A stretch of DNA of 64,000 nucleotides from an uncultured delta proteobacterium (lineage in GTDB: Bacteria; Desulfobacterota; Desulfobacteria; Desulfobacterales; Desulfatirhabdiaceae). The notes under the pieces are model-generated. The model did not search any database. It was given only the letters and a program-made list of their open reading frames with translations, and was not told the origin of the DNA. Below are positions 48,452 through 58,545 of the stretch, piece after piece. The stretch spans positions 1 through 64,000 of the forward strand of contig CAWBKP010000019.1 of the NCBI GenBank assembly GCA_963789395.1, given 5' to 3'. A program made the translations under genes and the position numbers. Positions within the stretch are counted from its first letter, which is position 1, and each line of letters opens with the position of its first letter.

Positions 48452-49715
48452 TCAAATCGGTCCGGCGCTGTTTTCCTGAAGTGCGCGGGTATAAAGTCCT
48501 GCCAGGTCGCCGATCAGGCTGCGGTTGTGAAAATCCCGGCCCACCCGGTCCCTGCCGGCGGCAATCAACGCCTTCCTCAGATCGGCATCCGTCAGTGCCC
48601 TGATCATGGCGCTGGCCAGGGCTTCGGGGTTTCCGGGATCCACCAGCAGGCCGGTTTTGCCGTTTTCAATAAGCTCAGGGATCGCGGAAACCCGTGTTGC
48701 GACCACGGGAACCCCCATTGCCATGCTTTCGATGCAAACATTGGGAATGCCGTCCCGGTCGCCATTGGCCGCGATTTCGCAGCCCAGAACAAAAAGGTCC
48801 GCCTGCCGGTACTGCCGGATGACCGCGTCGTGGGGGCATGTTCCCATCCACCGGGTCAGGGTTTCCAGCCCGAGTTCCCGAACCAGTTTCTTGAGCGAAT
48901 CCCGCTCTTCCCCATCCCCGATCAGGGTGTGTTGAAAACGGAGCCCCCGGTCGCGCAGGATCCCCAGTGCCTTGTAAACAGTGGGGAGTCCTTTTTTGGC
49001 GGTAATGCGCGAGACGGTCAGAATCCGGTATGGCGGCGAAGGCGGTGCTCCGGTATTATGGCTGTAAAAAAGACCCACGTCAATGCCGTGATAGATGCGG
49101 AAAACGGGCGGCGCGGCAGCGCCCGAAAGCCGGGTCAGATGCTTCCGGTTGTATTCGGTGCAGGTGACCACAAACCGGGCATGGGCCATTTTTTCGCGAA
49201 GCTGTGACCGGATCCGTCGTATAAATGTCCTTGGCATGGGCCGTGAAACTGAACGGGATCCCTGAAAGCAGGCTGGCGAAAAAGGCGACGGATGTCGGCG
49301 AATGGGCGAAATGGGCATGAAAATGGGTGATGCGGCTGCCGGGCAGGAGTTTGTTGACCAGATAGCCTGCCTGGAACAGGTGCTTGAATGTGGCGGATTT
49401 GTGCGTGCGCAAAAAACGCCGGAAAGCCATTCGCAATGCCGCTGCATAGCGCCGGGGCTGTTTTGCCGCCAGCATCAGATTCTGCGGCAGCAGCACCGGC
49501 AGCCCGGCCAGAAAGGTTTCCGGAAGATAATCCACGGTTGCCTTGATCCGGCCGACGCTGGCGTGGGAAAACGTTTCCCTGGGCTGGCGCATCGATAAAA
49601 TATGCAGGTTCAGGCCCTGCTCTTCCAGAAGCAGGATTTCATTTGAAATAAAGGTTTCGGAAATCCGGGGATAGCCTTTCAGGATCATCCCCAGTACGGG
49701 AATCTGCCGGCTCAC
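48452..49715 (-). CDS. Glycosyltransferase family 4; frameshift near 49203
   Basis: LKGYPRISETFISNE, HAHFAHSP, FTAHAKDIY, then VVTCT, YHGID, KKG, DRDGIPNV..ESMAMG. Confidence 0.85.
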
Positions 49716-50911
49716 GTTTCCGTGGTCCTGAACAGGTCGAGCCGCTCTCTCATGGCTTTCAGACCGGTCAAATGAAAACAGTTGATGGCGTTCTGGTAAG
49801 ATTCCGGGTGATCCAGAAGGTGCATGATGTGTGCGCGAAGGGTTTGGGGGGACATGGCGTTCCAGGAAATGTAATCCACGAGGTTCTGGCCGTGAAGGGC
49901 CATGGCCCGGATCAGTTGCTCTTTACGAGGCGTTTCCCGGGGAATGACCAGTGAAACAGTTCCCTGAGAGAGGATTTCACAGATGGTATTATACCCGCCC
50001 ATGGTCACCACCAGATCCGCGGCTGCCATGATATGCTCCATCCGCTGGTAAAATTCCCAGGTGCGGATCCCCAGGCGTTTTGCCCGTGAAAAAATTTCTT
50101 CCCGGTCGCGTTTGGGCATGAAAGGCCCGGTGATCAGAATGCTTCTGAAGGGCTGATTCTTGGGCGCTTCTTCCAGCATGCTCAGGAAATTATGCATGAC
50201 CGCATGCCCGTCTCCGCCGCCGCCGGTGGTTACCAGAACCAGTTTTTCATCGGTCTTGATGGCGTATTTTTTTTTGATCCGGTTAACCGCATCCCTGCTG
50301 GGCATTTTCCGGGGAATGTAACCGGTAAAGCGCATTTTGCAGCTGACGGAATCCGGCATTTCATACTCGCAGATGGGGTCATACAGATCCTGATTGCCAT
50401 AAATCCAGATTTCGCTGTAGAGTTCGTCCAGAATCTGATAGACGCCTTTTTTTTTCCAGTCGCTTCTGACAATCTCGGCCTCGTCCATGATATCCCGAAG
50501 ACCCAGGATGGTGCGGGTCTTGGGAAGACATCGCCGCAGCCATTGAAGGGTGGGCAGCACTTCCTTGTTTAACCCAAGGGGCTCCTTGTCCACGATGAAC
50601 AGATGGGGCTTGAAAGTCTGGGCTGTTGCGGTGATGATGTTGGTGCGAATATCCACGGCATGCTGCGGATTGATTTTGATGGACATGGGGAGGTATTCAT
50701 CGTTGGTTTTTTTGATCATTCCCGGAATGCGCACAAAATCAACACGATCCGGGAACGGAAAGCGGCCGGCAATCGGAGAGCCGGTCAATATCAGCACATT
50801 GACATCCGGACCGGCCAGATGGGATGCAATGGCCATGGTGCGTCGAATATGACCCAGCCCATAGGTATCATGGGAATACATTAGAATATTATAAGTTGAG
50901 TTCTTGCCCAT
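49712..50911 (-). CDS. Predicted GT-B glycosyltransferase (GT28-C-like C-terminus)
   Basis: MYSHDTYGLGHIRR, VDKEPLG, LGLRDIMD, TTGGGGDG, TGPFMP, MGGYNT, PRKEQLIRA. Confidence 0.8.
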   Translation of the reverse strand: MGKNSTYNILMYSHDTYGLGHIRRTMAIASHLAGPDVNVLILTGSPIAGRFPFPDRVDFVRIPGMIKKTNDEYLPMSIKINPQHAVDIRTNIITATAQTFKPHLFIVDKEPLGLNKEVLPTLQWLRRCLPKTRTILGLRDIMDEAEIVRSDWKKKGVYQILDELYSEIWIYGNQDLYDPICEYEMPDSVSCKMRFTGYIPRKMPSRDAVNRIKKKYAIKTDEKLVLVTTGGGGDGHAVMHNFLSMLEEAPKNQPFRSILITGPFMPKRDREEIFSRAKRLGIRTWEFYQRMEHIMAAADLVVTMGGYNTICEILSQGTVSLVIPRETPRKEQLIRAMALHGQNLVDYISWNAMSPQTLRAHIMHLLDHPESYQNAINCFHLTGLKAMRERLDLFRTTET

Positions 50912-51002
50912 GCGATCACCGTTATTAATCAATACCGACTGCAAAATCTTCTCCATCTACCACAGACAGTAGGAAAATGACATAAGAAAAAAGAAGAATC
51001 TG

Positions 51003-51488
51003 TCATCCGCAGCATTTCTTGAATTTTTTTCCGCTGCCGCAGGGGCAGGGATCGTTTCTGCCGGTTTTTGGGGCCTGGCGGATAAATTGTTTGGGTTTGG
51101 GCGGACCGCCGTCCCAGAAAAACCAGGTTCCGTTTTCCTTTTTGAATTGTGCCAGTTCGTGGTGTTTGACCCGCTCGCCGTTTTCAGTATATTCCGCGAT
51201 GAATTCAACGGTCCCTGCCGGATCTTCGCTGCCGCCACCGACCGTATGAATAATTTCCAGTTGATGCCAGACGGATTTTTGCGCCCATTGCCGGATATTG
51301 TTTTCAGAGTCCTGTTTTCTCTGGTCGGGATGGGTGGTACGGACGATATAATCCACATCGCTTCGGGTATATGCGGTATACCGGGACCGCATCAATGCTT
51401 CGGCTGTCGGCGCCGGTTTGATTCCCCGGATGAACGGTTCGCAGCATTCGCTGGATGGCTGCAATGAGCCGCAAGGGCAAGTTTCCAT
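51003..51488 (-). CDS. ychJ: YchJ family protein with SEC-C metal-binding motifs
   Basis: [53 protein letters not shown]. Confidence 0.9.
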   Translation of the reverse strand: METCPCGSLQPSSECCEPFIRGIKPAPTAEALMRSRYTAYTRSDVDYIVRTTHPDQRKQDSENNIRQWAQKSVWHQLEIIHTVGGGSEDPAGTVEFIAEYTENGERVKHHELAQFKKENGTWFFWDGGPPKPKQFIRQAPKTGRNDPCPCGSGKKFKKCCG

Positions 51489-51505
51489 ATAAAACTCCTT
51501 TATAT

Positions 51506-51539
51506 TTAGAATTATTTTGAGATTTCGATATTCGAATTT
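51506..51539 (-). repeat. CGAAAT-type heptamer repeat, degenerate copy upstream of ychJ
   Basis: TTAGAATTATTTTGAGATTTCGATATTCGAATTT resembles 29762-29796. Confidence 0.7.
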
Positions 51540-51592
51540 ATGCTGAACTTCATTGTCGCTCAAGCACAAATTGTTTCACAATAACCGCAAAA

Positions 51593-52384
51593 TCACCGTC
51601 TGTCCAGTGGGACCCGAAAAAGACGGCAGGTATTGTCCCATAGCGCCTCCGCCAGTTCCTCCGGATCTTCTTGCCGCACTTCGGCCAGTTTGAGAAGAAC
51701 AGATCGGACAAAGGCGGGCTCGTTTCTGCGCGTATGATTTTTTTCAGGTGCCGGCGTCAGGTACGGCGCATCCGTTTCAATCAGGATACGGTTTTGCGGT
51801 ATCCCAGTCGCCAGTTTTCGCAGGTCTGCGCCGCGGCTCTGTATGGTTAAAATGCCGGTGATGCCGATAAAATACCCCAGATCCAGATACTGCGTCAGTT
51901 CCGATCGGGTGCCGCTGAAACAGTGGATGACACCGTTTCCGGGATGCCGGTGGTATTGCTTCAGGAGATCCAGCAGCCGGCCCCTGCTTTCCCTTTCATG
52001 AAAAATGACCGGAAGCCCCCGGTCATCGGCTGCTGTCAGTTGGCGGATCAGCCATTTTTCCTGGATGTCCTGGGGAGAGTACATTCGGTTGAAATCCAGA
52101 CCGATTTCTCCCCATGCCAGCACATTGGGGTGTCCGGCAAGTTTTTCGAGTGTTTCCATGTCGGATTCGCCGGCTTCCGAGGCATCATGGGGATGGAAGC
52201 CCACGGCTGCAAAGATTTCCTGGTGGGCTTCAGACAGTGCCACGGCCTTCAGTGAGGTCTTGAGGTTGATGCCGGCAATCATCATGGCGGATACGCCGGC
52301 GTTTCGGGCGCGCTGCAGGACGGGATCAAAATCCGGGTCATAAACGCTGTCATCCAGATGACAGTGGCTGTCAAACAGTTTCAT
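51593..52384 (-). CDS. tatD: TatD family deoxyribonuclease
   Basis: FDSHCHL, GFHPH, GEIGLD, FHER, HCFSG, IETDAPYL.P, RNEP. Confidence 0.93.
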   Translation of the reverse strand: MKLFDSHCHLDDSVYDPDFDPVLQRARNAGVSAMMIAGINLKTSLKAVALSEAHQEIFAAVGFHPHDASEAGESDMETLEKLAGHPNVLAWGEIGLDFNRMYSPQDIQEKWLIRQLTAADDRGLPVIFHERESRGRLLDLLKQYHRHPGNGVIHCFSGTRSELTQYLDLGYFIGITGILTIQSRGADLRKLATGIPQNRILIETDAPYLTPAPEKNHTRRNEPAFVRSVLLKLAEVRQEDPEELAEALWDNTCRLFRVPLDRR

Positions 52385-54090
52385 GAAATTCCTTCAAGTT
52401 TTTGCAGGGCCTGGGCGGCGATACGGGTCAGCCGGGGAAATTCCGATTCCCGGAGCTGTGACAGGGATCGGTTCAGCATTTTTAGCGCCGCCGGAATATA
52501 GGAATCAAAGGCTGCCTTGCCCTTGACGCGCGTCAGAAATCCAAATGCGCCCAGGATCTGAAGATTGCGGGTGATGCGGCAATACCGATATGAACTGGCA
52601 AAAGAAACCGGTTCAACGGAAACCCGAGCGGACAGGGTCTGAATGCAAAAATCCAGAATTCTGTCCTGAAGGCTCTGGCTCAGGTCCACATAGGGGTCTA
52701 TCAGCAGAGAGGCCAGATCATACTGCAGCGGGCCGATCCGGCCGCCTTGAAAATCAATGGCGTAGATGCGGCTGTCCTTCACCATGAGGTTCCGGGACTG
52801 AAAATCACGGTGCATGAATCCGTTCATGGACCCGTTTAAAGCCAGTTCTGCCAGGGCGTCGAATTCATCCATCATGTCCGCAAATCGGATATCCAGGTTC
52901 AGGTAGCCATTTAAAAACGCCTCGACAAAATACCGGCATTCTTTTTCTCGTATCAGGGCCGTGTCATAGATCGTCGTCTGGTATGTCCAGGAAGGATCAA
53001 AGCCGCCGCCCCCATCGACTGAAAGCGCAATCAGCAACCGGATCGCAGCCTGATACCAGGTGAATATTTCATCGGTATTGCGCAAACTCTGCACAACAGA
53101 CTGCAGGTGGACACTTCCGAGGTCTTCCACGATGGCCAGTCCGGCAAATGAATCCGCCTGGTAAATTCGGGGAACCGAAATCCCCTTGTCAAATAAATGC
53201 CTGCCGATGGCGACAAAGGCGTCGCACTCGCAGCGAATGTCCTGTCGGCTGTGAATGCCGTGATCCGCGACAACCACAGAATGCCCGCAGGAAAAAACCC
53301 GTGACCAGAGCCTGTCCGATCCGTCCCCGGCAATGCGGGTTGAAGTTGTCGGAAAGATGGGCGCATCGGGGAATGCCTGTTGAAACGCCCGGGGCAACAG
53401 CTGATCCAGGACCGCGGACTGATACTGATGCGGCGTGCCGATATCCTTCCAGTAGCAATTTTCCGGTGTGAATGCCTGGATGGTCAGGCCTTTTTTAATC
53501 AGGGTCCTGTAAAGATCGATGCTGCTGGAAGAAGGGGCTTCTAAGATGTATTCCAGAACGTGCGGATTGATGACCTGAATGCCGGTAAACGTGAGCTTCG
53601 GCAAACCAGAGTCTGAAAACGCAGCATCACCGTCATCAAAGCCGATGACGCACTGGTTGGCGTCCATGGATACCGTATTGATTTGCGGAAAATCGTGAAG
53701 TACCAGCGTGACAGGATGACCGTGATGCTGATGAAAGTCATAAACGGCCTTCAGGTCCATGTCCGTTACAATGTCCCCGTTGATGACCATGAACGGGTCC
53801 GTATCCCAGAAGCCGCGGACATTGTGAATGGCGCCGCCCGTGCCCAGAATCCGGGGCTCGTAAGTGGTCTGAACGGGAATGGCATAGTGCTGCGCTGCCA
53901 GAAACGCCTCGATATCCTGATGCAGGTGATGGGTATTGATCATGATTGCCCGGCATCCGGCATGAATCAGGCTCTGAATGATCCGGTCCAGCAGCGGCTT
54001 TCCGTTAACGGGAAACAGGGGTTTGGGAATGCTGCGGGTGTGCGGCAGCAGACGCGTACCCAGGCCCGCGCATAATATGAGTGCTTTCAT
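52381..54090 (-). CDS. Fusion: MurU-like nucleotidyltransferase (N-terminal) plus AmgK-like phosphotransferase (C-terminal)
   Basis: LCAGLGTRL.P..PKPL, LGTGG, NGD, FTGI, W.DIGTP; GDGSDR, EDLG, HRDFQSRNLM, IDFQG...GP..YDLASLL, LQILGAFGFL. Confidence 0.85.
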   Translation of the reverse strand: MKALILCAGLGTRLLPHTRSIPKPLFPVNGKPLLDRIIQSLIHAGCRAIMINTHHLHQDIEAFLAAQHYAIPVQTTYEPRILGTGGAIHNVRGFWDTDPFMVINGDIVTDMDLKAVYDFHQHHGHPVTLVLHDFPQINTVSMDANQCVIGFDDGDAAFSDSGLPKLTFTGIQVINPHVLEYILEAPSSSSIDLYRTLIKKGLTIQAFTPENCYWKDIGTPHQYQSAVLDQLLPRAFQQAFPDAPIFPTTSTRIAGDGSDRLWSRVFSCGHSVVVADHGIHSRQDIRCECDAFVAIGRHLFDKGISVPRIYQADSFAGLAIVEDLGSVHLQSVVQSLRNTDEIFTWYQAAIRLLIALSVDGGGGFDPSWTYQTTIYDTALIREKECRYFVEAFLNGYLNLDIRFADMMDEFDALAELALNGSMNGFMHRDFQSRNLMVKDSRIYAIDFQGGRIGPLQYDLASLLIDPYVDLSQSLQDRILDFCIQTLSARVSVEPVSFASSYRYCRITRNLQILGAFGFLTRVKGKAAFDSYIPAALKMLNRSLSQLRESEFPRLTRIAAQALQKLEGIS

Positions 54091-54132
54091 GAAATTAGAG
54101 GACGATGATCACGGGTGATTTTCCCATTGCCT

Positions 54133-56763
54133 TCAGGATGACAGCAACCGCAGGTATTTTTGAATGGCGTCGGCATATAATTCTATCTGCTCTTTATCCT
54201 CAGATCCGGTAACACCGTGGGTGATGAAAAAATCTTCGGCATTTTTGTAATTGATTTTGGACAAGGCCTCCTTATGCGCGATTTCACGGCGTTTGTACAT
54301 CCGATTTCCCCGTGAGAGAATTTTTTTGGCGCGGCCATCGGCATCCACAGTATTTTTGGGGTATCGCATGAAGAAATTCAGAACGACCCAGTAGGATTCA
54401 AAATAAGTTTTGATGAATCTTGCGAAGATTCTCAGTTTTCTGAAACCCACGGACGTGATGTTGTAGGTTTCCGGCAGCATGGGGTGCGGGATGATAATGG
54501 CATCATCAATAAAGGCTTTCAGGGATTTCCGGACATAATAATCAGAAGTTTTGTCAACATCATAGGCAAATTCATTTTTAAAGAAATTCTGCAAAAAAGC
54601 ATAACCGGGCTGGATGTCCGAAGTGGAAAACTGAAAGGCATCCCTGTCCAGAATGGTCAGCGCCGTAAAGACCGCAGGAACAAAGAAAATGATGCAGTTG
54701 TTTTTATAGTATTCCAGAATAGGGCGTTTAGCGACGACAACTTTATACTCGGTTTTGGAAAATGTCTCGCTCTCCTTATCGGAGAACCGCTCAACGAATT
54801 TGCGATTCACATATGCATCCAGTACCTGCTGAATCGCGTGGGCGGGATCCATCATCAGGGTGTCTGCCAGTTTTGCCCCGGTTGCATACAGATAGCTCAT
54901 GTATACTTCAATGTCTTTGAAAAGGTCATCAAAGGCAAATCGCTTCTGGGACAGGTTCAGCAGCGCGCCGGCCGCCAGTGCATGCGGGGTGACGACCGAT
55001 ACGCTGTCGATTGCGTTAATTATCCTGAACCCCAGATTCCGGCAGAGCTCATTGTTCTGTTTGGACGTCATATCCTGAATCGACAGCCCGCTCTGAGCCT
55101 GAAGGTTGTTCAAGGATATGGGCTCATGAAAATTGATGTAGATTCTGCCATATCGTTTTTTCAGGAGTTTTCTGGCCTTTATCACCTGCATGAAGCTTTC
55201 CGGCTTTTTCTGTCCGCCTTCCAGTTCGTGAAGGTATGAGCCTTCTTCCAGTACCCGATCATAGCCGACATAAATGGGAACAAATACCAAATCCTTGCAG
55301 GCGCCCTGTTTGAAGGATTCCAGGAGAATGGACAGGAGCCCCAGTTTCGGCAGGATGAGTTTTCCGGTGCGGCTCCTTCCGCCTTCGATAAAGAATTCAA
55401 CGTTGAAACCATCTTCGAGGAGTTTGAGGATATACTCGGAAAACACTTTTGAATACAGTACCGCACCTTTAAAGGATCTTCGGATAAAAAAAGCGCCGCA
55501 CCCTCTGAACAAAGGGCCAATGGGCCAGAAAGACAGATTTTTTCCCGCGGCGATCAGGGGGCAGGGCATATTGTTCATGTGCATCAGATAGGACAGGATC
55601 AGATAATCAATATGGCTTTTGTGGCAGGGGATAAAAACGAGCGGGCCTTTTAAAGAGGCGGTTTTGACCCGATTCAGTCCTTCGGTATCCAGGGTCACAC
55701 CGTCGAACATGACGCGGATAATCCAGTCAACGATCCTGGCGGCGATGCTGATGATGGAAGGATTATAGCGGGCCGCAATTTCATCCAGATGCTCATCGGC
55801 CTGTTTGTGTATTTTATGGAGGGGAATGCTTTTCACCTGGGCATGATGCTCCATAAAATTTCTCAGACGGTCATGGGTTAAAATGGATTCCTTGAACTCG
55901 TCGGGAGATTTCAATACAGGCCCGATGGTGCTGACCCGGTGCCGGTTGATTTGCAGGAGCAGCTGTTTTCGAAGAAGCCGTGAAAGAATATCAGCGGATT
56001 TTCCCTGATGGCTGTTCTGGTTAAGAAACCACTGCAGATTGAGCGGCTCGGAAACTTCCACAAAGAGTTTTCCGGGGTTCTTGAACAAGGTTATCAGGCG
56101 CCTGATTCTGCCGGGATTGATTTCCGTGCCGAACATCATGTCCAGTAGGCTCGATGTGGATCGATCCGGAAATTTGCTGAAAAACATGACCAGGGGGACA
56201 ATGACAATCGGCTTTTCCATGGCCTGCTGAATTTCAACAAGATGCTGAACCGGATCGGCTTTGGATTTTACAAATCGCTGATAAAATCCATCGTCTTCCA
56301 CCAAGGAGATCAGAGCCGATGTGCCGGTGGTCAGCTTTTCCTGAATATAGCCGGAATCGTACGGACGGGGCAGGGCAAAGTGGCGAAAAAAATAATCCAG
56401 GTGAAATACGACGATGCGAACCAGATGCATCAGGGGTTGCCAGAAAAAAATCCGGTAACCGCATCCGATTTCAGGGAATTTCAAATGTAATTGCTGGAAG
56501 CGGGTGTAATAAAACAGCCATTCAAAATAGCTCTTGTTTTTATGAACATAAACAATCACGGTATCTTCCGGAAACTGTCCGAGGGATTTGATCTGGTCTT
56601 CCTGGAGTTTGATTCCGGAATAAAACAGCTTGAAAAAACCAGTGATGAAAAAACTGATATGCCGGGGAAGGTAACAGGAATAATACTGGCGTTTGCCTTG
56701 GAGTATCCAGTCAATGCAGCGATTATAGCTTGTTTTCAAGGCTGAAAAAGACATGATTTTCAT
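54133..56763 (-). CDS. plsB: Glycerol-3-phosphate acyltransferase, PlsB-like
   Basis: PCHKSHIDY, AAGKNL, GAFFIRR, FFIEGGRSRTGK, PIYVGYDRVLE, YYKNN. Confidence 0.88.
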   Translation of the reverse strand: MKIMSFSALKTSYNRCIDWILQGKRQYYSCYLPRHISFFITGFFKLFYSGIKLQEDQIKSLGQFPEDTVIVYVHKNKSYFEWLFYYTRFQQLHLKFPEIGCGYRIFFWQPLMHLVRIVVFHLDYFFRHFALPRPYDSGYIQEKLTTGTSALISLVEDDGFYQRFVKSKADPVQHLVEIQQAMEKPIVIVPLVMFFSKFPDRSTSSLLDMMFGTEINPGRIRRLITLFKNPGKLFVEVSEPLNLQWFLNQNSHQGKSADILSRLLRKQLLLQINRHRVSTIGPVLKSPDEFKESILTHDRLRNFMEHHAQVKSIPLHKIHKQADEHLDEIAARYNPSIISIAARIVDWIIRVMFDGVTLDTEGLNRVKTASLKGPLVFIPCHKSHIDYLILSYLMHMNNMPCPLIAAGKNLSFWPIGPLFRGCGAFFIRRSFKGAVLYSKVFSEYILKLLEDGFNVEFFIEGGRSRTGKLILPKLGLLSILLESFKQGACKDLVFVPIYVGYDRVLEEGSYLHELEGGQKKPESFMQVIKARKLLKKRYGRIYINFHEPISLNNLQAQSGLSIQDMTSKQNNELCRNLGFRIINAIDSVSVVTPHALAAGALLNLSQKRFAFDDLFKDIEVYMSYLYATGAKLADTLMMDPAHAIQQVLDAYVNRKFVERFSDKESETFSKTEYKVVVAKRPILEYYKNNCIIFFVPAVFTALTILDRDAFQFSTSDIQPGYAFLQNFFKNEFAYDVDKTSDYYVRKSLKAFIDDAIIIPHPMLPETYNITSVGFRKLRIFARFIKTYFESYWVVLNFFMRYPKNTVDADGRAKKILSRGNRMYKRREIAHKEALSKINYKNAEDFFITHGVTGSEDKEQIELYADAIQKYLRLLSS

Positions 56764-57018
56764 AAGCGCACCCTGCAAATTGAAATTGATATAAAAACGA
56801 CACCAGTAGGGATCAAAATATCAAAGGCGGATTTTCATTGCAATATTTAAAATCCCGCGTATAAATTAAATCTAACGGTTAATGGCAAGAGGCAACAACA
56901 GCGTAACAGCCACAGCTCATAATCCAATTTGCTTCAAATAATTCCGAAAGCATTCAGGCGCGCGAAATCAAGCGATTATCGATGGCTGTACTTTTCAATA
57001 CTTATAAGGAGGTGCTGA

Positions 57019-57213
57019 ATGGAAAAACAAGACGTTGTCAATATCGCAGAAGGGTTGAGGCTCATTGAATTGGGTGTCGAGAAAATTCAGGGCGTGATGC
57101 GGGAAAAGAATATCAAATCGCTCAAGGATATTGCGGCCGAGCTGATCCCTTTTTTCAAGGAAGACGATCATGAGTTGACGGATTCGGTCATCCAGCGGCT
57201 GGAAAAAAAATAA
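57019..57213 (+). CDS. Small hypothetical protein (64 aa)
   Basis: Strong SD AAGGAGGT just upstream; charged, helical-looking sequence; followed by a hairpin. Confidence 0.65.
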   Translation: MEKQDVVNIAEGLRLIELGVEKIQGVMREKNIKSLKDIAAELIPFFKEDDHELTDSVIQRLEKK

Positions 57214-57217
57214 ACAT

Positions 57218-57275
57218 CGGGCAATAGGCAATGGGTCATTTTTTTCATAGCCTATCGCCTATTGCCTATCGCCCG
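57218..57275. repeat. Inverted heptamer arrays between convergent genes, possibly a bidirectional terminator
   Basis: CGGGCAAT-AGGCAAT-GGG ... GCCTATC-GCCTATT-GCCTATC-GCCCG. Confidence 0.65.
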
Positions 57276-58496
57276 TCATATCAGACAGTCCGCCACCAGT
57301 TCCCACAGGTATTTTACAACAAGATGTTCCATGCCATATTCGGCTTTGATGGCATTCAGCTGACCGTGGCAGCTGTGGCACGGCACAACCACCATGGATG
57401 CGCCGGTTGCCTGAATCTGCTCCATTTTTTTTCTGCCGTAAAAAATCCGTTCGGTATTGTAGCCGGTCGTCAGCGTTCCGCCGCCCCCGCCGCAGCAGTA
57501 CTGGCTGTCCCGGGTGGGGTACATGTCCACCCAGTTTTCCATGCACTGGCTCAGGATCCACCGGGGCTCATCATAGAATCCGTATCCGAAAATCCGCTCA
57601 GCCTTCCTGCCGTAATTGCAGGGATCGTGATAGGTGGCCAGCACGCCGCTGAACCGGGATTTATCCAGGCGGATTCTTCCCTCCTGTATGTAGTTCTTTA
57701 GCAGTTCAAATACCGTAAAGGTGCCAAAGGATTTCAAAGCTTCGGGATACCATTTTTCAAGACCAGACCTGGTCGCAAGATAGGCATGCCCTCATTCCGG
57801 CCACAGGAGATTTTTGGCCTTCAGCCTGGCCATGTTTTCCGCAATCCGGCCGGCCATGACTTTCATGGCCGGATCATCTCCTGTGAACATGCCCCAGTTG
57901 GTGCCTTCCCAGTTTTCGGAAGGGATGGTCCAGTCCTCGCCTGCTGCATAAAATATTTTCCACCAGTGCTTGAGATCTTCGGTATGGGTATTGACCAGTT
58001 TATTGTGAATGGTGGTCAGGATATTGGCGCCTTCCTTGTCAACGGAGACGGTAAACCCTTCGAAGCCGGGTTCCTGGGCGATTTCTTCGGCCACATCTTC
58101 AAGGATGAAGACAAAGTCTTCTTTGGGAAGGCCCAGGTTGTTGCCGGTTTTAAGAGCTGCTTCCAGGCCTTTGTGAAGAATTCCCGGCACCTTGTCCCGG
58201 TCTCTGAGGGAGCGGATTCCCCGCATCAGATCCGGAATGTGAATGCCCATGGGACAGACATGTTCGCATTTCCCGCACATCGTACAGATCCAGGGCCATC
58301 TGGATTCAACCAGTTCATTTTGCAGACCCAGCGAAACCATGCGTATGATTTTTCGGGGATCAAACCCGTCTATTCCCGAAACCGGGCAGGTCCCGGAGCA
58401 TATGGCGCAGGTCAGACAATGATCCTGATCAAACGGCCAGTTCTTGAACAGATCTTGATTCAGGCAATTCATGGAAATGGGTGCAGTCGTCGTCAT
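57276..58496 (-). CDS. HdrD/GlpC-like Fe-S oxidoreductase (4Fe-4S dicluster plus CCG domain), selenoprotein (TGA 57792-57794 = Sec)
   Basis: CLTCAICSGTCP, CTMCGKCEHVCP; LLWPE-TGA-GHAY.. in frame with YHDPCNYGR, CCGGGGG and PCHSC; the two track ORFs share one frame. Confidence 0.85.
57761..57774 (-). promoter_or_regulatory. Bacterial SECIS-like hairpin for the HdrD-like gene
   Basis: Minus strand GACCAG-GT-CTGGTC starting 17 nt after the TGA; CAGGUCUG apex like the E. coli fdhF SECIS. Confidence 0.75.
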
Positions 58497-58545
58497 AATA
58501 AGATCCAATATGAATGAAAGGGGTCAACAATGTTCCGTTCAGGCG

